From the NCBI RefSeq assembly GCF_000150275.1, contig NW_002060958.1, positions 690,272 through 754,271 on the forward strand: a DNA stretch of 64,000 nucleotides. The letters are read 5' to 3'. Under the pieces are notes generated by a model. That model did not search any database and had not been told where the DNA came from. It worked only from the letters and a program-made list of their open reading frames with translations. The stretch is from Trichoplax adhaerens (taxonomy: Eukaryota > Animalia > Placozoa). Of this stretch, positions 43,301 to 55,300 are shown piece by piece (within the stretch, counting starts at the first letter, position 1; each line of letters begins with the position of its first letter). The position numbers and the translations under genes were made by a program.

Positions 43301-46300
43301 ATAATTAAACAACAGCTGTAACATAAGTTAGATTTGCGGTTATTAACTACAGCAGTCTTTAAAATTTTTAAGCTGCCAGATAATACAAAAAATAACGCTT
43401 TAAAAAAATGATTAATTTCTTGGATCGATGGGAATCATGCCTTTAGAACTTACAACTGAGTTAATTTCTGTAGGCATGCTAACGATGAATTTGAAACTTC
43501 CTGAATTGAATTCTGAGTTAATTTTCTGAAAAATTTAAGTAAATTCAATAGTAATATGACAGACTTTATCTTTCTATGTACGAAAAGAGTATTCATGACA
43601 TTTACTTTTAAGCTAAATTTGTCTATTTTGCTATTTTACGCGATGATTAGAAAAGCCGAGTAGTAAAAATTCTAAGTTAAAAATCGATACTTTTAAGCCA
43701 TTACTATTATCGGAAGCGACTAATAAATTAATCTTACCACCTTCGTTCAATATGAAAATAAATATATTATCATGCTGCACTTACAGTATTTTCAAATTTT
43801 TTACTCCGCAGAAAGAATTTGGTAATATTGCCGAGATATTGTTGTAGCTGAGATCACTGTGAAAGTATGCAACCAAATTATATCAGAAATACCATTATTG
43901 TTAGTTCAATATCTGTATCACTATTTTCCTGCCATCGAAAAGGGAGATATTTATTACTTTTTATTATAGCTCACATCAGAACAGAGACTAAATTAAATTA
44001 TGAGGAGTTTCATAATAAATGAATGAATGTTTTACATAGCTTATACGAAGTTTGCGTAATCATATTTAGCAGGATGATTTTCTTAGAACTATCGTTGAAA
44101 ATGTTTGTTTAACATATTTTAGTATTGAATTGCAGATTATGAGCTGTGTTTAATAGGACATGATGCAGAATAGCGTAATTTAATGGACTCATCATATGGC
44201 ATATGTAATAGCTCACAACCATAGACTGTAATTAAAGATTCTATATTATAGTACCGATTATCATATACAGAAAAGTGTTGAGTCGGTATTGATGGTAGAA
44301 GTAAAAGCAGACATGTAATTCATATATTAAGGTACGGATAGTTCATCCTATTTTGTGTTAGAAATCTAGTAGGTCCAGTACCAGAGAAAAAAACGTTCTT
44401 ATTCACTATTCAACATCTACTTATATAGCGATAAAATTCGTAAGTTGCGCCAGGGTTTATAGGTGACGCATGCAATACGAGCAAACATCATAAGATCGTA
44501 GCGCAATACCTTAACAGTGCATTTTTTACCCATGTACATAATGTAATCTTAACATATGGCGAATTCGAAAAGAAAACTACATAAATACTTTAGCTATTAC
44601 TGTAATAAATTGTGAAAGATCTGCAGTAGTAAAAGTTGCTAATTACTACCTAAATAAGTGTAAAATAAGGCAGAGTCTTGCCATTATAATTCTTGCTGTA
44701 TTAGAGACTAAAAGTATATAAGCAGGCAACTTTGTGTTATTTAGCCATTCTTTTTTATAAATCTTTCTAGAAGCTTTTCTAATAGTTTTATCCGACTGAA
44801 GTAGAGCTATGAGCAGGTTGCCTTTAGCTGTATAACCATTTAAACTATTCTAATTTTCTACAAATTTTGGAACTATGCGATCGTTTAAATAGTAGTTTGT
44901 GGAAATTTTTGTATTTTCTTCATTGTCTGAAAATGCAAATGAACAACCCATGGAAGACTATTGTTTAAATTAATTGCTACATATCGTCATAAATTGCAAG
45001 AAAATGCATCGACAATATTCAATTTGTATTTAATGCTAAGATTTCAACATAATTCTTTGGATTGTCAAACTAAGGCTTTTGCATAAAATCAGCCTTTGAT
45101 TCTTTGCTTAAAAGTAATTGTAAAGATTTCAACTAATAGTACTAGTAGTATATGGCTAATAGGGTGAAATGGCGCTTTTGTATTGTTTCTAGTACGTAAC
45201 TGTGGTTAATATGATACTGCAGGGTGGTAATAGTTTACTTACAGATTTCTTAGAGAGCTTAAACAAGCGAAGCTGCCTTGTTCTATTGTATCAAGTCTGT
45301 TGCCTTGCATTATCCTAGTTGATGAATGTTTCATTACGGTTCAAGACCAAACTCAAACTGATGTTATCTATAGAAATTACTTTTACTAAATCTGTACTTA
45401 CAGTGTCTGTAATCTTCTGGTGTCGCAAAATACCTTTGGTTCTATTCTCTTAATATTATTACCAGCCAATTGCCTTAATATATTTGACAAGATAACGCTT
45501 TCAGTATTGAAAATACGTTAGCTTTAGTCCTATTGCAAATATTCTGAAGAATTGATTACTAAATTTTGGAATTTAATGTTCTTATACAGTAACAAAGACT
45601 AAAACGCTTTATCAAATTATTGTTAGCATTTGCTGCTAATAGGCTACTGTCACAAAACAGCTTTGCAACAAAATGAAGTAATTTACGATCAATAAGTCAA
45701 TTCCTTGAACCACGTATCAAGGAACGATATCTGCACTTTCAGTAACACTTTTACTCTACTAGCAGACTACAAAAAGACTTAGACGCCTCGTATTTTACGT
45801 TAAATACTTAGTTTTAGAATTAACTTTATGATACGATATACTGCATTTATATACTCTCCTCAATAGTTCCTGAGTCGTAGTTAGTACGATTAACTTTGGA
45901 ATCATTCACTAAATTAGGCATTAATTTTAGCTACTGCTCTCTAATGCATACAACAGTATTTACGAACATAGACATGTGATGATTAGCACAGAATAGTCAG
46001 ATTAAAGATTCATTTCTACCTTATTCTCTCTACAGAGCTAGCTTGTAATAATATTTTTACGGTATCAAAAATGCTTTCTTATATAATTAAATACTTTTAA
46101 AAATAATTGAATTAATCAAGCAGCCATTAGTAGTCTGTCAGAATATTTGACTTATAAATGCAAATGCACTAGATATATTGTACTTAATGCGGACTTCATG
46201 ACTTCTTATGCTACATAGTGAAATAAACTGCTTAGATCAATTATGAACTGAAAATGTATCGTAACTAATAGTCCTTGACGGTACTCACTTATTTCATTTT

Positions 46301-49300
46301 CTAGTTTATGAAACAGTTAGGACTTACAAATTTCTTAAGTTCCACAGGCAAGCAAATGAACTTTCGTTAATAACTGGCAATCTATTTGATTTTAGGATTC
46401 TAGCAATTTATATATATAACTGCAAGATTAGTCTTTTTAAAGACATGCAGTGATAGTAACTATTATTTGTAATATGCAGCATGGAGGAAAACTTTAAAAC
46501 GCCATTTATTTTAAAACTGCAAGTAGTCAAAATTGTAACCATAAGAGTTTTAGCAATGATACTTTTCGCAGAAATTTTCACTTAGGTAGAATTCAGCCGG
46601 GCAGTCTAAATAACGATAGCAACTGCTAGACACTTTTTTTAATAATAAATGCCTCGATAGCAAACTCACAGCGTAACCAGAATTGGCATACCACAAAACG
46701 AACGTTCCGGAATGCTTTCAAGCCTATTTTCCGACAAATCTCTGTAATTAAAGTATTTTAGAGTTTCGATTACGGATAGAATTGTGTGTCACGATTATTT
46801 AAATTCTCATTAAATGTGAAGAGCGCTACTGCTAGAAATACAAAGTACAGGGCTTAACTACTATCACAAAATAAACTTTAGAATGGAAAATAAGATGTGA
46901 TTATATACCGTTGTAATAACAGTTACAGTAAGCGCATTAAATATTACTTTATTATAGTTTTATGATAGTGAATTATATTCTCCTGCATGAATATTATAGT
47001 GCCATATAGTTTATTACGAATTTATTAATAGGACAAGCGTATATGGATAAGTCCGTTAGCTGTGCAAGCTCACATTTTCTGTACTAGATTCCGATCCAGT
47101 AAGGACATATTGGTCTAATTAGATTACTGGCTTACTCTGATATTTGTTACTTAACCATACCGGCAACGAAAATTCTGTTTTAATGTGTGTTTTATATTTA
47201 GTAAAAGAACTTTGAAGTCAGTAGATTCTTATGGACTTTTACTTCATTTTTATTTGTCATGCAGCTAATTTATGACACATGCGCGTATGTAAAAAAGCAG
47301 GTAAGTATTAGTATATACTGCTTAGGAATCAAATTTCGAATAAAATTCTTTTATCCTAGAAGTTAGTATAAGTTATTAAAGTGATTTTGCTATCGCAAAA
47401 TTCGCTATGTGGTATAAATTAGGCAGTTTAGGCCACAAATTTAGTTACGCTAATAATTCGATAAATTTAAATAAAAAATGGTGTAGTGTGTACTACTGGA
47501 CAAAAAATGTTTGCAACAGGTTGTTATGACCGAGTAATAGTCTCCTGTTACTACTATTAGCTTCCCTACTGTACTACTACAATTAGCTGCAATCATCTCA
47601 AAGGTGGATAAGTTATTTTATTAAGTTAATTTGCTCCATAAGCGAAAGCAGGGCACGGTAATTTTAGATAGGAACTTACAAATAGGAAAGTCGACTCAGG
47701 CAGAAGAAAGCACCAGCTGGGATTGATGTTAATGGATTTCGCCTTAAAAAGCTGTAAAATAAAAGAGGTAGTTAAATGAATTACTTGCTATACAATGATA
47801 TATCATGGCGCAATATAAGTATTATATACGTTATTAACAATATTATAATCTATGGAAAGGAATTTCGATCCATTAACTTAAGGCATTTGCTATTCTAAAA
47901 TATAATTCAATCTATAAATCTTACATTTGCCGTAGATATCTTGTTCCACAAAAAGCATTGGGCTGAATTTGAGTAATGTCATTACTGCTGAAACTTCTGC
48001 AATCATATTTTATCGAAAATATTATTTGCAACAACGCCTAAGTATTCAATGGAAATACTGTAGACGCAATTTCTGAAACACAAAATTACTGTTTAACATT
48101 AATAAAGATTCGCTAGTTTAGGATCGATTAAAACAAGCCATTATCGCTGTCGTTAACATTCGATTCGCCTGTAACCGGCATTATAACTTTAATTAGATGA
48201 AATATTCTGTACCATTTGAAGTAAAGCGTTCATAGGACTTTGTTACATTAAACAATAACTATCATCGTTTTCCGTAGGATAATTGGACTTGTGTCACTGG
48301 TTGAAAACATTAAGTTAAAGCTTCAACCGATCTCATTATAGGATTATGTATTGTAATGTGATAAAGTGCTTCTCAAAAATAAGATAAGATCTACAGTTTT
48401 TCGTAAATTTTCTTGTATATTTGTCTTACTACTACCTGGGTCTTCTCTTAGACTAATTGTGGATTATATTTGGATTATCTCTTATACAATCTTACAATCT
48501 TAAATGCAATATATCTATTTTCGTATAATCTGCAATCTAACTATCTAAGTCTTAGATATATTTGAGACTGTACTACATCTAAATATCGCCTATACTTCAG
48601 TCCAGAAAATTTATTCACATTTTAAAATGTAAATAAGTGTTACGAGCTAGGAATAGCCCTATCTAGCAACAAGAATTGAGAGAGCGATCTCTATCCTTTA
48701 CTACTGTTATTTGGAATACCAGACAATTGGTATTGTAAGGCAGATAGGGTTAACATAGAGAGACTTTCAAGTCTACTAGAAAATCACAATCTAATTTACT
48801 GTCGACGGACTCTCTATTTATATAGGTTTCGGACCTAAAACCAGTTTAGCTACGCAAGTCACCCCCGTCTATTAGAAATTAACCAAATTAATACCCTAAA
48901 TGGATTCTATCTGTACAGATTAGATACAGTCTAATCCTTTTAAATTTACTATAACAGTATTAAAATAAGCAATACTTGTTAATAGTTTAACAGATACACA
49001 TAACACTATCCTACTAAGAAATTTCCTCTGAACTTAGGAATTGTACTTTGAACCTTAACAACCTTGGAGGTGATAGGTATAATCCAGTTTAGCTAGTTGA
49101 AAATTATTATTTTAGTCGATGTAATCCTAAATTAAGGATATGAAGTGCTAACCACTAAAATTACAATTAGGAAGACCGTAAAACATTTTTGAGATATGAG
49201 CATTTATAGAACGTAACATAGAAATAAAGTATACGTTACAAAGATTACTTTCCTGACAATTAGTTATAAATTGTTGTCCACTATTATTACTCTTATGTTT

Positions 49301-52300
49301 ATCAAGTAGGATAATTTTGACTCTTTAGTAGATGAAACCGCTGCAACGCCTCTAATTTAGATCAAATTATCGTATTATAAACTATTAATTTTATATATTT
49401 AAGTCTATTTCACTACCGTATTCAAAAAATAACTATCTAATTTAGAAGCAGCATANATAATATACTTTGTGAAGGCTACTATCGAGGATGNNNNNNNNNN
49501 NNNNNNNNNNNNNNNNNNNNNNNNNNNNNNNNNNNNNNNNNNNNNNNNNNNNNNNNNNNNNNNNNNNNNNNNNNNNNNNNNNNNNNNNNNNCCAAAATTC
49601 GATTCAATATCCAGCAAAGTAACCCCAACCTCATAATAACGGCAAATTAAGATTGTTTTGACTACAATATTATCACAATATTTAAATAACGTCCCTAGCA
49701 AATAGCTGTCCTTAAACTTGTCATACGTAAATGGAAGTGTAAAACTTATAAGAGTAAGTCATTGTAACGATTTTCATTTCTCACTACAGAAAAATTATTC
49801 CGTCATCAAATTAGTGATTACTGCTAGTATTAAATAGATATTTTGCATAGTATCACATTGTCATGGTACGAACTACCGTGAAGAAATAGCTATCTAAATT
49901 TGGTTAATATAATATAGTGATAATATATTACAACTAGTTACTTACAAAAGGAATTACTCTAATTATAAATGTGTTACAGTAAATTTAATGCTGTGCTGTA
50001 ATGTGCTCTGAAATTATTCTGTGAATGGATATATTGTAATCCGACTGTGAAAAACTAGTTAGGAGATGTTCTCAACTAAGTATTTTTATAAGAGGACTCG
50101 TGAATGTTAGCTGCTGTAGAAGGGTATATAAGCCCGTTCGATAATTGAATAAAGTAGTTCTCAATTGTCTAGTTGAGTTTAACGTAGAATCAAAGGCGTC
50201 TAAATTCTTGTGAGTAGGAATACTGAATCCGCAGATTTTAAGAGTTTTAGAGATTTGTTTTACGTTATCCTTGTCACGAAGCTGGTTTGTGGCATACATA
50301 AACCAGACTAATACAACTAAAAATACTGGAATTTAAACTCATTAATTAATTGCACTTGTAACATAAAAGCATAAATATCTTTGAACGAGTAACTTAAATC
50401 TAGCCTAATCCGATATAATAGTTGGATATTGACTGGATGAAAAAAAAGTTATTTTAAATTTTATTCTTGGTAATACATTTCATTAAACCATTCTTTATAG
50501 AATACCACTAAATTTTTTTATCTTTATTCAATAATGCTAGTACTGTGATCTGAAGCTAATTAAATCTTTACGAAAATTATCGATTTCTACACATCTGCTT
50601 TAGTGAAGTTGTATCGGCAAACTTACAATACACGAAGATTCTTAAGACATCCCAGCTGACCTACATGAATCATTTTAAGAAAATTTCCATACCCATTTCT
50701 AAAAGGAATGCGTGAAGTAAATTTAGCTTCTTCTAAATGATTCAAATATCATCATATAGATTCTAAATTGTATAGACAAGATAATAGATAAAGAATATTA
50801 TTGCAGTAAGTTAATATAACAATACATCGTTTGCAGATTCCATAATTTGCAAAGCGAGTTCTTTTCTATCGACGATATTTTATTAAAACCAAAATGCCTG
50901 ATGTAATAAAATAATTTTTAATAACAGTTCAGATATAAGTAGTTCACGAGTTGCACACAATACAATTTAGAATAATTTCTTAAGGTAATGTCGAAATTTA
51001 TTTAATTTTACTATCAATCACTCTAATACATGTGAAATTACAAAATAAAACATGAAGTAATAGCTTTCATGTTATAAACGATTTTTAAATAAGGAATAAA
51101 CTTACAATGTCTTAATTTTTAAGACTCGATTGAATGTGTTCATAGTAATGTTGGATAACGAGTTTCGATAAAGATTTCTGTATTTTTTATTGAAATCGTA
51201 ATAAAACAAATTAAATGATAAGACTATCTGCTACAATACGCCACAAACATCAATATTGTTAGATATGAAATTTCATTTGTTGCTCTTAAATTACACGCTA
51301 AAAATGTCTACACTAAGAGCAACTTTGATACGAAACATAAATACAATAGTAAAGCTATCATTTTCTTACAGATTTGAAAGTCTTGACAAGCCTCTAAATG
51401 CATTAGGCTCAATATGGCTAATCCGATTATCGCTCAATACTCTATGAAATATCGTAATATTTGAATATATTCAGAATATTTTAAGAATAACATGACTATT
51501 ATTCTATCAACAGAACCAGTAGATTTGTTTTGTAATTACCAAAAACAGCTTCGCAACAAAACGAAGTAATTTACAATCAATAAGTCAATTCCTTGAACCA
51601 CGTATCAAGGAACGATATCTGCACTTTCAGTAACACTTTTACTCTACTAGCAGACTACATAAAGACTTAGACGCCTCTTATTTTACGTTAAACACTTAGT
51701 TTGAGAATTAACTTTATGATACGATATACTGCATTTATATACTCTTCCTCAATAGTTCATGTGTCGTAGTTAGTACGATTAACTTTAGAATCATTCCCTA
51801 AATTAGGCATTAATTTTAGCTACTGCTCTCTAATGCATACAACAGTATTTACGAACATAGACATCTGATGATTAACACAGAATAGTCAGATTACGATATG
51901 TCCTATCACGGAATATTTCCACGATAATTTACAATCTACCTTAAGTAAGTTACAATTATAGTGATTCGAACTGTAAGTAGATAATTCGCATTCCGCAAAG
52001 TAACTATTAATTTCAGTATATATATATATATATATATATATGTCACAGTCATAAAAACCAGAGCTGAATTAAAACACAGTATATTCAAATTAGAATTTAA
52101 CTAAATAAGGATAGGCTAACAAAATTATCCTAACACAGATATTTATACTCTAATACAGTATATAACACTGCCACAGTAATTAATTGAATCTCTGATTGTA
52201 CTGGCACTTTATTATCATAGCCTACATAAATTTTAAATTGCCATTCTAAAACGGTATAATATTATTGTGCTAGATATTGCTTTATTGCATTTACAAGCAT

Positions 52301-55300
52301 ACAGTCTTAAGTCTTTATCTAAAATCATTTTTAGGAATGGTTATCATAAATATAATGTATATCTTATGGAAATACGCGTATTCAAAATAGAATGTACATC
52401 CAAATAAAATTTAAAAATTTAATTTTAATGATCATATACTGTAGCAATAATATATGGTATAAGCAACGTAGTTTAAGAGTTATATATCGTAGTTTAGTTT
52501 TTGTAATATATATTGAAAATTATCTATCGAAATATAAAGCGCCGTACCAAGCATCCTAGAGTAGTGTACTACATTGTTTACAGGACTGAACTAGAGTAAT
52601 AACCAATTATCCCATACGTTTCTATAGGAGGTGTTTAATATTATATTATATTTTGTATTTACTACGTTATATCCCTTTCTGAATGATACATGAGCAGACA
52701 TAGAATAAATTTTTATCTAAACTTTTCTTAACATTTATTCAGATTTGCCCTTTATCAAATTCAGTTTTATATTCTGCACTGTTTTAATTTATGTCGAAGA
52801 AGTTGTGTAGCTCTGTCGCTTACAACGTAGCTATTAGTTTAAATAGAAACGCATTCTATTAACTTTACGGTTTAGTGTAGTGATAGATTAAGCAACTGTA
52901 TGTAGTTCGTGAAACTTAAGTGGATTCTGTAATTACTAATTATTTTACTGCTAAGTCTATATACCATGTTTATAATCAAATTTATTATTTTAAATTATTT
53001 GAAAGACGTGACTTACAGATAAATGAGCATCCTTAAGCAGTAAAACATATATTCGTGTATGCTGTGGAGCGAATTGTTATCTAATAGTCTGAAAATAATC
53101 AAATTTTACGTTTATAGCATAATGATGAAAGTGTGTTCAGATTAGTAAATTTTCTTCCCATACAAACTGAACAATGATGGAAGATGGCATAAAGCATTTG
53201 CTTCAATGGTCCTTATCAAGTTACCCTTTAGCGAACTATGAATGTAAAAATTTTATAACTTCTTCAACAATGGCTAAATGAAGCGATCAAACAGTGACTA
53301 AATACTTTTCGTAGTATTTGTAGCCATAATCCACACAGTAACATTCTACCTGTTTTACACACATTCAGACTATACTTCAGACCATTTACAATCTATTACG
53401 GTAACTACTACAGTACTGACATAGACATTTTATCTTCTACGCAAAGTACGATGAACTAGTCATATCCTTATCCTAATACCCATATGAGTTTCATATTTAT
53501 TTTATTCGTAGTATCAATAGTTACTCAATACTCTACTGTATATTTATCTGTATTTTAACTTAGAATCTTTAATTACGATCAACAGTTACAAGCTGTTAAA
53601 ATAAAGCTTATGATAAACATAGAAAGCTACAATACCGTAAATCAAAATAAACAAGGCAAATAAGCTATAATGAAATACCGGTACTTATATGCGTTACAAA
53701 CATTTTTCACTAAACAGTAACTTCGGACTATTTAATAGTTTTTCTAAAGCCTTTCAAGTATTTATATTCGGCTAGATTAGAGCTATCTTTAGGTTATTTT
53801 TAAATAATGATTTCAAAGGTTCTAATTTTTTGCGAATTTTGGAATTTCGTGATCAGATATGTCGTAAACATTGTCAAATTCTTTTATAATGTAGAAAAGT
53901 TATTAAAAGTTTTGCGTGTATTTTACGCATTGAAATTTTCTTACAGAGTTCGAAGGTTTCTAAGGCATGCGAAATCGTTTTTCTTTATAATATTTAATCG
54001 ATTTTTATCTAAATAGCTAATGATAAATGCTATAATCAATAATTATACAAGATTAATTACATAAAATTCAACTAATTTTCATATTATTTAGTTAAATCTT
54101 TTAGCGAATAGCATCCAAAAAAAGCTAATACTTACAGATATCTCAGAGAAGGTAAAGTACAAAACGCCATCGGAGTAATACTTGAAATTTTATCATTCAT
54201 CAGCTTTCTGTAATTAAAAGTATAGCATTATTTAAGATAATTTCTAATTGAATAAATAACTTTAATGTTTGATAGCGTAGCAATTTAGTGTTAACTGTGT
54301 GCAGGAAGTAAATTGGAAAACATTACTTACTGCAGTAATAAAGTGCAATACATGCAAGTTCGGAGTACGAGGTAAAGGTAGCTTAAAGGATTTTAGGTAA
54401 TACTAATAATGACTTAATAAAGACTACGTAATAGCTTTTTCAGTTGATTACAAAAGGAGGAAATATATTTATTGAGTAATCTGTGCCTTAATTTGAAATC
54501 TATAGCAAGATCTTTTAAATTTCAATCGAATTTAAATTGGTAAGTACGGGATTCTAAACTTTAGGATAACGTTAAGGCTTGAATACAAAATTAGTGTTAC
54601 TTTTCAATTTTTGTGCAATTGAAGCTATCTTGCAAATTTGAGCCCTAAAAAGTTGTACATCATCTGCTAATAGTATTTTTTCATGGTTTCCTTATTTAAT
54701 GTTAATGAAAATATTGACGTTAATCATTTTAAAAATTTAAGTATAGCGTGATAAAGCGAAGCGAAATTGGTTTAGAGCGTTCAATTGTGCTTAAGTTTTA
54801 CTTACAAAGTTACGAGCTTCGGATATCTAGTAATCGTCCCGTTTGAAATTGTCATAATATTACCGAATTTAATATCCCTAGAAGATTATGAAGTAAAATT
54901 CAGTAACTATTAAGTTAATTGACACAGGCGCTACAATTTACGAAAACTTGAATGAATAACTATAGTAGAGATAATCGCCGTATTTTAAAATGGAGGAAAG
55001 TCTAGAGTTCTACTTCTACTAGAGCTAGTGCCAATAAAAATAGACTAGGAGAATATTCATATCTAATTGCTAAAGTATTCGAGGCATGATTTCTGTCACT
55101 CTCAAGGTTCGAAATCTACTAGCTGGAAATTTGCGTCATTAATACAGTGAAAATATCTTATAAATCGCAAGTACCTTAACAACACCCTTAACTGTATACT
55201 TCATTTTATTATCGCTAGCTGTTTGTATGATTTGGGCGTTTTACTAAATCATGTAAAAAGTTAACGAACTTAAATTGGGTAATTGTGTCGTATAATGTAG

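Noticed and set aside
49405-49701. 98-aa ORF
   Set aside because: Artefact of reading through the N gap.
50072-50299. 75-aa ORF
   Set aside because: Inside the R3 repeat; the frame is broken in the 35880 copy.
48496-54402. Three 72-nt segments flanked by AG/GT (48496-48567, 52824-52895, 54331-54402)
   Set aside because: They contain stops and have weak or no LRR register. They could be very old dead exons, but chance spacing is plausible, so they are not counted as exons.
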